Positions 38,369-48,686 of a stretch of DNA of 64,000 nt are shown here, in pieces. Both the position numbers and the translations under genes were made by a program. The stretch comes from Bacteroides sp. (GTDB taxonomy: Bacteria > Bacteroidota > Bacteroidia > Bacteroidales > UBA7960). Numbering within the stretch: the stretch's first letter is position 1; each line of letters begins with the position of its first letter. The notes beneath the pieces were generated by a model. It had not been told where the DNA came from, made no database searches, and saw only the letters and a program-made list of their open reading frames with translations. The stretch covers positions 20,053-84,052 of the forward strand of contig JAZBOS010000021.1 in the NCBI GenBank assembly GCA_036351255.1. Direction: 5' to 3'.

Positions 38369-39079
38369 ATGGAAGAAAGCCCGGAAGAAAAAAGAACAAT
38401 AACAAAAAGGAAAGGATCGGGATTCAGACGCCTGATCCTTTTCTCCATTATTTCCTTTGCGGTATGCTTTGCCGCAGTCTATTTTCTTACCCGTAACCGA
38501 AACCGAAAAATAGCCTTGAAGGAAGGGCAGGAGTTCAACACCGGCTATTTTGAGGGAAACAAGTACACGAACCCTGATCTGGGCTGGCAGATTAACTTCC
38601 CCGAAGGGATGACCCTGCTGGATAACGAGCATTTGAAGGACTGGAACCAGTTGCCACAGGTCCCGGGTTTTGCCCCTGACTCCATTGGCGACACCGGTCT
38701 ATTCCTTGCCCTGGGCGACGCCTTTTCTGTGGTGGCTTATGCCTCCGTAGAAGCACTGTACAGCCGAGTCGTTTTTCAAACCAATGAGCAAATAATAACC
38801 CAGACTCAGCAACGCCTCAGACAATCAATCACTGCAAGGAACGCTTATCCCTGCGATTGTGAAGTTTCGGATGTGCTGATTGACCAAGTGCCATTCAAAA
38901 GAATGAGCCTCGAATTTATCCATGAAGACCAGGTTCAAAAAAGGCAGGAGGTCTTTTCGGCTGTGACAGGCAATCATTTGCTCCATGTGACGGTCGTGTA
39001 TTATAATGTCCTCAACGGGGAAAAACTGATTACGGCTATTCAGAATTCTGTTTTTGAAAAGCAGGATGGATCTTCATAA
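38369..39079 (+). CDS. Hypothetical single-pass membrane protein
   Basis: 236-aa ORF with a basic N-terminus followed by one TM helix (LILFSIISFAVCFAAVYFL). No motif recognised. Confidence 0.5.
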   Translation: MEESPEEKRTITKRKGSGFRRLILFSIISFAVCFAAVYFLTRNRNRKIALKEGQEFNTGYFEGNKYTNPDLGWQINFPEGMTLLDNEHLKDWNQLPQVPGFAPDSIGDTGLFLALGDAFSVVAYASVEALYSRVVFQTNEQIITQTQQRLRQSITARNAYPCDCEVSDVLIDQVPFKRMSLEFIHEDQVQKRQEVFSAVTGNHLLHVTVVYYNVLNGEKLITAIQNSVFEKQDGSS

Positions 39080-39297
39080 TAGCTTTAACCCAGGTATCTG
39101 GATCCTTCAAATCCTTTGGGTTTTCTCTTTCCCCCACAGGTAGGTTTTGAATATAATTGGCAAAAAAATTGGGGCATTTGCCAATTACTTTGATAACTTT
39201 GGGCTGCCGGAAACAATGCTATTATCCGGCATTTGGCTGTTAAACCGCTCCGTAGTTTGAACCATTTGGCTTTCGGAGTATATTTTTTGAAGTTTCT

Positions 39298-39948
39298 ATG
39301 ATCCGTGCAGACAATATTCATAAATCCTATGGCAACCTGAAAGTGCTGAAGGGCATTAGCCTTGAGATCAAGGCTGGTGAAATCGTTTCCATTGTTGGGG
39401 CTTCCGGTGCTGGCAAAACCACATTGTTGCATATAATCGGAACCCTCGATCCCTTCGACCAGGGTGAGGTAATCGTTAACAATCAAAATATCAAAGGGTT
39501 TAACGATCAGAAGCTCTCCGAGTTTCGCAACCGCAACATTGGTTTTGTATTCCAGTTTCATCATTTGTTGCCCGAATTCACCGCCCTTGAGAATGTTTGT
39601 ATTCCGGCTTTCATTGCCGGCAGGAACAAGGGTGAAGCTGAGAAGCGGGGCCGGGAATTATTGGAGATGCTTGGCCTGGCCGAACGCCTTGACCATAAAC
39701 CTTCGGAGCTTTCGGGAGGTGAGCAGCAGCGGGTAGCAGTGGCCAGGGCCTTGATTAACAACCCTGCCGTTGTGCTTGCCGATGAACCCAGCGGAAACCT
39801 CGACTCCAAATCTTCCGAAGAATTGCACAAATTGGTTTTTTCTCTGCGCGACCGTTTGGGGCAAACGTTTGTGATCGTGACCCACAACAACGAACTGGCC
39901 AATATGGCCGATCGCAAACTTACTATCAAGGACGGGATAATCGGCTAA
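39298..39948 (+). CDS. ABC transporter ATP-binding protein (LolD/FtsE-like)
   Basis: 216 aa with Walker [12 protein letters not shown], signature [15 protein letters not shown] and Walker [13 protein letters not shown]. Confidence 0.85.
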   Translation: MIRADNIHKSYGNLKVLKGISLEIKAGEIVSIVGASGAGKTTLLHIIGTLDPFDQGEVIVNNQNIKGFNDQKLSEFRNRNIGFVFQFHHLLPEFTALENVCIPAFIAGRNKGEAEKRGRELLEMLGLAERLDHKPSELSGGEQQRVAVARALINNPAVVLADEPSGNLDSKSSEELHKLVFSLRDRLGQTFVIVTHNNELANMADRKLTIKDGIIG

Positions 39949-40141
39949 GCTTACAAATCCATTGACCTTTGACCAATTCTTGAACCTCCCTGTGTAAATA
40001 AATAATTGTAAATCAATTAGTTATAAAAACACAACAAGCCTTCACAGCAAGATCCTCCTGGATAAGGCTGAATTCAAATTAATAATATTTATTTGTCTGT
40101 AAAAATAGCTGTTTGATGATAAAAAAACAGGCTAATATTCC

Positions 40142-40229
40142 ACCATGGTCGTACCATGGTCGTGTAATGCTCTTGTCAGGGTCGTGCATGGCTCTTGTAG
40201 ACACGACCAAGGTAGGTGGATGGTAGGGG
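40142..40229. repeat. Degenerate 11-bp tandem array with embedded inverted copy
   Basis: Read in an 11-nt register: ACCATGGTCGT ACCATGGTCGT GTAATGCTCTT GTCAGGGTCGT GCATGGCTCTT GTAGACACGAC CAAGGTAGGTG GATGGTAGGGG. GGTCGTG occurs twice directly (plus a third GGTCGT). Its complement CACGACC occurs once. Confidence 0.8.
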
Positions 40230-40324
40230 CTTGTTCCAGCCTGGATATTAATGATTTGATTTAGAATGGGATTGATTCAAGGAAGGAATAATTCCCTGGT
40301 TACGTGCTGTTAAATGAACGGGAT

Positions 40325-42409
<2,085 letters not shown>

Positions 42410-42413
42410 TTAT

Positions 42414-42439
42414 AAAAAAAGCCGGTATCAACCGGCTTT
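42414..42439 (-). terminator. Rho-independent terminator after USP gene (minus strand)
   Basis: On the minus strand: AAAGCCGG-TTGATA-CCGGCTTT followed by TTTTTTAT. Confidence 0.75.
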
Positions 42440-42461
42440 CTAATTCAATGTCGTCAGGCGA

Positions 42462-43313
42462 TTATGGCCCACCAATGATAACCTTAAGGTCTTGCGAGTT
42501 TATGCAAAGCACCGGGATGCCTTCTTTGTTATAGATTAACTTTTCCTCGGGTGAGCCAAAGGGGTTCCAAGTGATCTTCTCGGGGTCGGTGCTCATCATA
42601 ATGGCATCGGCTTTTTTCTCCAGTGCCAGATTTACGACCGCCTGCTCAAAGCCTTTGATGGATTTATGGTAGCCAATGGTATAGGGAACCTTGTATTGAT
42701 CGAGGATTTTGGTTACCTGCTTCAGGTCGCCCGTCATTTTGCGCTGGATAGGCTCGTCGTTGGGGAAATAAACCAGGATGTGGAATGCAGAGCCCAGGGC
42801 TTGGTTCAGTTCAATGGCCCACTTGACCTTCTGTTTTGATCCTAGTTCAGTATCCAGGGGATAAACAAAGTTTTTGAATTTGTTATTCTCACTTTGTTTT
42901 TTTACCACAAACATCGGGGCGGGGGAGGTCGTAATCACCTTCAATGCGAAGCTGCCCAGCAAGAACTGTACCCCATTCTTCCCGTGGGTACCCATGAAAA
43001 GATAGGTGGCTTCAGTGGTTTTGGCAGTTTCGGCAATGGTGTTGAAAATGCTGCCTTCAGGAGCCATGAAATCCGCTTCTATTCCATACTGTGATTCAAT
43101 CTTTTTGCAGATATCATTAAGTCTGCTGCCAATTGAATCAATGGTCTTTTTCTCCTTTTTCAACTTGCTCTTGGTTGTTTCATTTACAACATGCAGCACG
43201 ACAAGTTTTGCCCCGGTGAGGCGCGCCATTTGTGCCGCGTTGTCAATGGCATAATCACCAATTTTGGTGAAATCGGTTGCAACGAGGATTACTTCTTTTT
43301 TTTCAGGTTCCAT
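42462..43313 (-). CDS. Universal stress protein, tandem UspA-domain type (third paralog)
   Basis: 283 aa with two USP halves (VILVATDFTKIGD..., FVYPLDTELGSK...). Same architecture as 2932-4854. Confidence 0.75.
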   Translation of the reverse strand: MEPEKKEVILVATDFTKIGDYAIDNAAQMARLTGAKLVVLHVVNETTKSKLKKEKKTIDSIGSRLNDICKKIESQYGIEADFMAPEGSIFNTIAETAKTTEATYLFMGTHGKNGVQFLLGSFALKVITTSPAPMFVVKKQSENNKFKNFVYPLDTELGSKQKVKWAIELNQALGSAFHILVYFPNDEPIQRKMTGDLKQVTKILDQYKVPYTIGYHKSIKGFEQAVVNLALEKKADAIMMSTDPEKITWNPFGSPEEKLIYNKEGIPVLCINSQDLKVIIGGP

Positions 43314-43385
43314 ATTCTGTGGGGTTAGGTTCCTATTAGCTTTATATGGTTATTGGAAAGGCTCAGCCAAATTACGAAATTTTCA

Positions 43386-44141
43386 TCATAAATAAAGTTT
43401 CTTTATACCATTGATCTTTTTTTGATCGAAATTTGTGGAGGTTTCGATCAAATCAAGGAGTTCTTTTACCTGTGAAAGGTTTTTTCTCTTCTTCTCGTTG
43501 CGTAAAAGTCTTGCCGAACGGGTAAAGAATTCATGTGACTCTACAAAATCCCGCTGCCTTTCATACCAGGTCCTGAAAGGGATCTTCTGGGTGCTGTTCT
43601 CGCTCCATTCGCGGTGCAGCCGGAGGGCGGTGATGAAAAAGTCATCGCGTCCGATATAATCCAGGTCTGCATCGCAGAGTATTTTCTCCAGCAGGGTGCG
43701 GGGTTGCTGTGGCATGGTCGTTGAAATGATCAACTGTCTGACCACCGCCAACTGTTTGTCGGAATATCCAAAACCTGGCAGGGTTTCTTCTGCAAAATCG
43801 CAGGCCAGGGGTTCATTGTTTTCATACGACCAAAGAAAGCCTGTGTCGTGATAAAGGGCAGCGGTAAGTAACAGCAACAGGTTGTCATCCCCGACCTTTT
43901 CCATGATGGCCAGGGTTTCTACTGAGCGGCAAACGTCGAGGGTGTGCTGGGCGTTATGGTAAAAAAGGGAGGGGCTTAATTCCCGTGAAAGTTTCTGGAC
44001 AATAAATTCTTTTGCACGGGTAAATTCCATAAAAACATCACTATGGTTAGAGGGCATGGATTGAAAACCATACCTTTCCTGTAAAGGCAAAAGACTTACA
44101 GGTGGATTTTTCCCGTTTTTTCGATCAAAGTAGCCTAACAT
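43386..44141 (-). CDS. HD domain metal-dependent phosphohydrolase
   Basis: 251 aa with the H...HD signature (YHNAQHTLDV, LTAALYHDTGF). Confidence 0.7.
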   Translation of the reverse strand: MLGYFDRKNGKNPPVSLLPLQERYGFQSMPSNHSDVFMEFTRAKEFIVQKLSRELSPSLFYHNAQHTLDVCRSVETLAIMEKVGDDNLLLLLTAALYHDTGFLWSYENNEPLACDFAEETLPGFGYSDKQLAVVRQLIISTTMPQQPRTLLEKILCDADLDYIGRDDFFITALRLHREWSENSTQKIPFRTWYERQRDFVESHEFFTRSARLLRNEKKRKNLSQVKELLDLIETSTNFDQKKINGIKKLYL

Positions 44142-44196
44142 TCAACATGGTATGCGTCGGACAAACGCTAACAAGGGTAAAACGAAGTTTTTGTAT

Positions 44197-44877
44197 TTAT
44201 CGTATATATAATTTATTTTTTCCGGCAGAAAATTTATAAAACAGGCTATAATGCAGCATCACAGAAGTATTTCCATCATTTTTCCCAAATCCGCTGATAT
44301 AATACGGGTCCATGTCCGAACCCGGCTTGCGTGCCAGCATCAGCCTGATGCGTAAATCCCATCCCAGGTATAAGTTCCAGAATAATTTGGTTTTCAATCC
44401 CCCGCCAATTTCTGCCCAGTGGGCCGAATACCTGGCTGCCTCGAAGGCCCCTTCCACAGAGCCCCAGTAAGGATCGTTGATGATAATCCTGGGGGCTTCG
44501 TGGCTTAGCGTACCAAAACCATAACGGAAGGAGAGGAAGATCTCTTCTCCTTTCATGGATGGATTTTTCTGAAGCAGGTTGTAATTCACTCCCGCCCGGA
44601 AAAATAGTCCCCGGGCATCGTAGTTATGGGTTTCACGTGCTATAGCTACGTCCAAGTTGCCAGCTTCAATGGCTGCAAACCAGTTTGGCTGCCATTCAAA
44701 GCTCCCCGAGATACCATGCACCATCACCTCAGGCTCAAAGTAATTTCTTGCCAATCCCGAAAGGTCATACCCTAAGCTAACCGTTGGCCTGAAAACCAGC
44801 GTGTCCATGTCTTGCGCCCTGGCTCCAAGACTAAAGGTCAGCGTCAGGATAAAGCAGTATTTTGATATGTTCTTCAA
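44197..44877 (-). CDS. Putative small outer-membrane beta-barrel protein (uncharacterised; possibly DUF6048-like)
   Basis: The ORF-track frame is open to TTG 44988. I prefer TTG 44877, which gives MKNISKYCFILTLTFSLGARAQ|D, a clean signal peptide. The mature part shows an alternating hydrophobic beta-strand pattern. The start overlaps the upstream lipoprotein gene end by 47 nt. Start choice and family name are uncertain. Confidence 0.45.
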   Translation of the reverse strand: MKNISKYCFILTLTFSLGARAQDMDTLVFRPTVSLGYDLSGLARNYFEPEVMVHGISGSFEWQPNWFAAIEAGNLDVAIARETHNYDARGLFFRAGVNYNLLQKNPSMKGEEIFLSFRYGFGTLSHEAPRIIINDPYWGSVEGAFEAARYSAHWAEIGGGLKTKLFWNLYLGWDLRIRLMLARKPGSDMDPYYISGFGKNDGNTSVMLHYSLFYKFSAGKNKLYIR

Positions 44878-45340
44878 GGCTGTGGTTAAGCAGGTTTTGG
44901 GATAGTTGAACGGTGCTGATCCGGTAATTGGTATGTGATACTTCAAGAATATCATAGAACATTGTAAATCCGCATTCGGCAGAGACAAAATTCAGGGAAT
45001 GGGTATATTCCACCCAAAGGGTGTCCGTGATGTTCTCAGGGAAAATGAAAACAAAGCCAGTGTTAGTCGATGCAGGGTTCAGTGGGACTTCAATGCTACG
45101 GACACTTTTGGTGTTATCGTAAATCAGGCTGTCGGCCCGGCCTGCACCATAAACGGTGAGGCTGTCGACGGTGTAGGCCGTTGGCGCCCCATCTATAACA
45201 GTGGGCAGGTAAAAGCCCAGCCGAAGCGGGTTGGAGGTGGCTTCCTCGCATAACTCGTCGCTTTGGCAAGAGCCCAGGAACAACATGCTGAGCAAACATG
45301 CCACCACCATCATTGCACCCGATCCTGAAATGACTTTCAT
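44831..45340 (-). CDS. Small lipoprotein (uncharacterised; possibly DUF6452-like)
   Basis: 169 aa from ATG 45340: MKVISGSGAMMVVACLLSMLFLGSCQSDE, with the lipobox L-G-S-C. It lies 70 nt downstream of the TonB-dependent receptor stop on the same strand. Confidence 0.6.
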   Translation of the reverse strand: MKVISGSGAMMVVACLLSMLFLGSCQSDELCEEATSNPLRLGFYLPTVIDGAPTAYTVDSLTVYGAGRADSLIYDNTKSVRSIEVPLNPASTNTGFVFIFPENITDTLWVEYTHSLNFVSAECGFTMFYDILEVSHTNYRISTVQLSQNLLNHSLEEHIKILLYPDADL

Positions 45341-45410
45341 ATCCGGCAAAAATAAGAAAAAATACCAAGGAGGGTGGTGGATAGTTTCTCTTACCCTTAG
45401 AAATGTAAAA

Positions 45411-47345
45411 TTAGCTTTCCGTTTTTTGAGCAAAAGAAAATGTAATACCTCCTCTGAAGTACCTCAGGGGCATGGGGCGGTTGGCAATGATCTGGTAAGG
45501 GGTGTTCCAGAGGTTCTCCACGGTCAGGTTCAGCCCCAACTGGTGATTGAAAACGCTATGTTTCCAGTACAAGCCAATATCCCCGGTGTGGTAAGAAGGC
45601 AACGACTGGCTGTTGTCGCTGTTTGTGTATCGCTTTCCAGTGATCTCGTGGTTGTAGAAGATGCCCAGGCTCCTGATGGAAAACCTCAGGTTGATGCCTC
45701 CGCGGTGATGTGGCACATAGATAAGTTGTTTGCCCATCGAAGGGTCGTCTTCACCAACTCCTTTTGAATTTTGCGCGATGGTGTGGTCATATCTTAGGCT
45801 CCATTCAATGGTGCCCTGTCCCAATTGCCAATGGCCTCCCCATCGGCTTTCCAGGCCGTAGCTTTTCACCTCCAGCCTGTTTTCGGGCATCCATATCCAC
45901 GAGTCGCCCTGAGGCAGCCAGATGATCCAGTTGCGTATGCTCCTGTGATAACCGCCGATGCTCAGATGTTCAAAGATATTGAAGGATTGCTTGTTGATTG
46001 CCCGGGCCACATTGCGTTCAACACGCATTTCGCCGCCCCAGCCCTGTTCGGGTTTCAGGTCGGGATTGCCCCCCGGGTTCCAGTAAAGGTCATTCAGTGA
46101 GGGCAGCAGATAGCTGTATCCGGCATTGCCCTTTACTACCCAGTGACGGATAGGTTTCCAGGCAAGGCCCAGAGAAGGTGAAAAGGGAATTTCCCGGTCT
46201 CTTACAATCTCCTGGCGCCCGCTCAGCACCACTTCCAACTGGTCTTCAAAGGCCTCCCACTTGGTGGAGGCAAACAGCGCCAGGCTGTTCCGGTATTTTT
46301 CCTCTTCATACTCTTCCGCCTTGGCGGTGGTTTTTTGAACATTGAAACCCCAATTCACGATCAAGCCCTTAAGGGGGTTCCAGCGAGCCTCCGCTTCCCC
46401 TGTTAACTGATTGGAATAACTGTTTGCGAGGTATTCGAAGTTGTCGCTGAAATCGAGGTAATCTTCAAAATGGGCTCCCCTGACAAATATCAGCAACCTG
46501 GGCAGACTGAGCTGGTATTGCGCGTTGAGCCGCAGGCTTTGATCCTGTTGCCTCGACTCATAATACGCCATATCAAGTGAGGGTGGAATGTCGCGGTCGC
46601 TTTCCTGCCACCACCAACGCAGATCAAACCGGTGGGCTTTCCCCAGCTGAAACCAGGTGTCGTGCATGATGCCCCTTTGGGTGATGCCTGCTAATTCCTG
46701 GGTCTCGATAGGGTTTTCCGGGAGGGTGGTGTTTTCGAAACGGTACTGGTTTCCGGCATTCCGGTTGAAGGCCCGCAAGGTCGTCGAGAAACGGGGCCTC
46801 CCATAGCTTATCTTCACTTGCTGGCTCAGGTCGCCAATGCTTCCGGTATAAAAGCCCAGGCTGCCGGAAAGGCCCTGTTTTCTGCTGGGATGGTTGTTGA
46901 TAAAAATGGCCCCTCCCATGGCTCCGCTGCCCCACAGGGCACTTCCTCCGCCATACTGTACCTGGACCTCATCGGCAAACAGGGCCGGTAATAAAGCAAG
47001 ATCAGTCTGTCCATTCATCGGGCTATGCAGGTTGAAGCCGTTCCACATCAGGGCAGTCTGGCCCGGTTGTCCACCCCGCAAGGCGGTGCTGGCAAGAATC
47101 CCCGGACCATAACTTTTGATAAACAATCCTGTTTGCCTGCCAAGTAAATATCCCAAATCCTGATCAGGTTGCCGCTGAAGCGCGAGGCTATCGAGCGTTT
47201 GGGTGTTGTGGCCAGTGCCGAAATCCGTTTGACGTCTGGCGGTAATGGAAACTTCCTGCAAGGTGATCAGGGTGTCGGGTTCTTCTGCATAAGTGGCGGC
47301 AATGAAAAGCCCGCTAAACAAAAAAAACATTAATCCTTTTTGCAT
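45411..47345 (-). CDS. TonB-dependent receptor, BtuB-like (plug + 22-strand-size barrel)
   Basis: 644 aa with a signal peptide and a plug block (ITARRQTDFG...LGYLLGRQTGLFIKSYGPG...STALRGGQPGQTALMWNGFNL). Its length matches small BtuB-type receptors. It sits directly downstream of a cobalamin riboswitch. Confidence 0.85.
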   Translation of the reverse strand: MQKGLMFFLFSGLFIAATYAEEPDTLITLQEVSITARRQTDFGTGHNTQTLDSLALQRQPDQDLGYLLGRQTGLFIKSYGPGILASTALRGGQPGQTALMWNGFNLHSPMNGQTDLALLPALFADEVQVQYGGGSALWGSGAMGGAIFINNHPSRKQGLSGSLGFYTGSIGDLSQQVKISYGRPRFSTTLRAFNRNAGNQYRFENTTLPENPIETQELAGITQRGIMHDTWFQLGKAHRFDLRWWWQESDRDIPPSLDMAYYESRQQDQSLRLNAQYQLSLPRLLIFVRGAHFEDYLDFSDNFEYLANSYSNQLTGEAEARWNPLKGLIVNWGFNVQKTTAKAEEYEEEKYRNSLALFASTKWEAFEDQLEVVLSGRQEIVRDREIPFSPSLGLAWKPIRHWVVKGNAGYSYLLPSLNDLYWNPGGNPDLKPEQGWGGEMRVERNVARAINKQSFNIFEHLSIGGYHRSIRNWIIWLPQGDSWIWMPENRLEVKSYGLESRWGGHWQLGQGTIEWSLRYDHTIAQNSKGVGEDDPSMGKQLIYVPHHRGGINLRFSIRSLGIFYNHEITGKRYTNSDNSQSLPSYHTGDIGLYWKHSVFNHQLGLNLTVENLWNTPYQIIANRPMPLRYFRGGITFSFAQKTES

Positions 47346-47479
47346 AATGCATGAATTTCGTCCCGGAACAATCCGGGAATGTTAAACAAATGATATAATT
47401 TCTATCATCTGTAACAAACGGTGAAACCAGTTGGAGAAAAAAAGAGGACTCAATTTTTCTTCGCTTTTTTCCCGAAAGC

Positions 47480-47668
47480 TACAAATTCACTGGTTATGGC
47501 AGGTCTTCTGACTTACTCCTTGTTTACCGCCTTCCCATCCCGTATAATAGGGGACAGTGGCATAGATTGGTAACAATTGGAAAGAGCTTACAGCAGCGGG
47601 AACTGTCCAGGATTTTCACCTGATTCCCTTTTCATCCGGAGCACCCGATTGGGTTCCGGAACCGTAAC
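47480..47668 (-). promoter_or_regulatory. Cobalamin (B12) riboswitch
   Basis: The minus-strand transcript contains the conserved cores AAAAGGGAATCAGGTGAAAATCCTGG, ACAGTTCCCGCTGCTGTAAGC, GCCACTGTCCC...GGGATGGGAAGGCGG and the B12 box AGTCAGAAGACCTGCC (47513-47498). These match the RF00174 consensus by eye. The boundaries are approximate. Confidence 0.9.
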
Positions 47669-47673
47669 CGGGG

Positions 47674-47681
47674 CAAAGATA
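47674..47681 (-). promoter_or_regulatory. Bacteroidota-type -7 promoter box (TATCTTTG on minus strand) driving the riboswitch
   Basis: The reverse complement of caaagata is TATCTTTG, immediately upstream of the first riboswitch helix. Confidence 0.5.
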
Positions 47682-47947
47682 GAGGATTTTTCTATGAAAG
47701 GTAGCGGTGTTGATAACTCCCTGAAAAAAGCTGGAAAGACAAAGAAAGCCAGCAAGCTAAGCTTGTTTATAAATCCTGTTTTTTCTGAAAAACGGTTTTA
47801 TTCAGTTGCTGTTTTTTCTTTTTCTTCATTTCCCTTGTGGGGACAAACAAGAATCGGGAAAAGCCATTGAATAATCCGGACCAGAGGTTCCCGGGCAAAA
47901 GGAATAAAGAATCCCTTTTAATAATGCAGGATTCGGGTTTTCTGCCT

Positions 47948-48454
47948 TCAGAGCAGGGCCAGGGTTTGTGAACCAAAGAATAACAGCCGGAGGCAGATCC
48001 AGATCACGGCAATAGAATAGACGAATTTGAGCAAAGCGCCCGCCAGCAACCCCACAAGACTTCCAAAGGCAGCCCTGACGGCCGGGGCCAGGTCCCTGTT
48101 GTTCGATAATTCGGCAATGAGGGCTCCCAAAAAAGGGCCAACAATAATTCCTGCAGGCGGGAAAAAGAAAATACCAGCCACTAAACCAATGGCCGCACCA
48201 TACATCCCCCGTTTGCTTCCCCCGGTCCTGCGGGTTCCGTAAACGGGCAAAACCAGGTCGACAATGGTGATGATGGCTGCCAGCAGGCCAAAAATGATCA
48301 GCTGTTTGCCGGTGAAATCATAACCCGGGGTGAAATGTAGAATCAGCATCCCGGCAAAGCTCAGGGGAGGGCCGGGCAATACAGGCAGAAATGCCCCCAC
48401 GGTGCCCAGTATCAGCAGCAGGATGCTAAGGGTAATCAAAAGGCCTTCAGCCAT
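47948..48454 (-). CDS. DUF456 domain-containing membrane protein
   Basis: 168 aa with 4-5 TM helices. The N-terminus LLITLSILLLILGTVGAFLPVLPGPPLSFAG is typical of DUF456 (from memory). Confidence 0.6.
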   Translation of the reverse strand: MAEGLLITLSILLLILGTVGAFLPVLPGPPLSFAGMLILHFTPGYDFTGKQLIIFGLLAAIITIVDLVLPVYGTRRTGGSKRGMYGAAIGLVAGIFFFPPAGIIVGPFLGALIAELSNNRDLAPAVRAAFGSLVGLLAGALLKFVYSIAVIWICLRLLFFGSQTLALL

Positions 48455-48457
48455 ATG

Positions 48458-48640
48458 CTAGTATTCTTTTGATGGTATGATAATGGCCAGGATCAAATAA
48501 AATATGATGCCAGCGCCGGTAAGGCCAAACAAAACAAAAAGAATACGAATCAAGGTAGGATCGATGTCGAAGTATTCGGCAATTCCACTGCAAACACCTG
48601 CAATCATCCGGTCGCTGCCTTTGGTCAATTTTTTGTTCAT
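48458..48640 (-). CDS. PspC domain-containing small membrane protein
   Basis: 60 aa. The block RMIAGVCSGIAEYFDIDPTLIRILFVLF is the PspC-domain signature. A 3-nt gap separates it from the DUF456 gene. Confidence 0.75.
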   Translation of the reverse strand: MNKKLTKGSDRMIAGVCSGIAEYFDIDPTLIRILFVLFGLTGAGIIFYLILAIIIPSKEY

Positions 48641-48686
48641 GTTTTTGGTGTTAATGGTTTATAAAATGGTCTTCCAGGAAAAAGCT

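Noticed and set aside
39085-39564. 159-aa minus-strand ORF spanning the ABC-ATPase start
   Set aside because: It overlaps the Walker-A-encoding part of a clear ABC ATPase gene on the opposite strand and has no features of its own.
47577-47870. 97-aa plus-strand ORF
   Set aside because: It lies antisense over the cobalamin riboswitch and its promoter. The region is explained by the RNA element.
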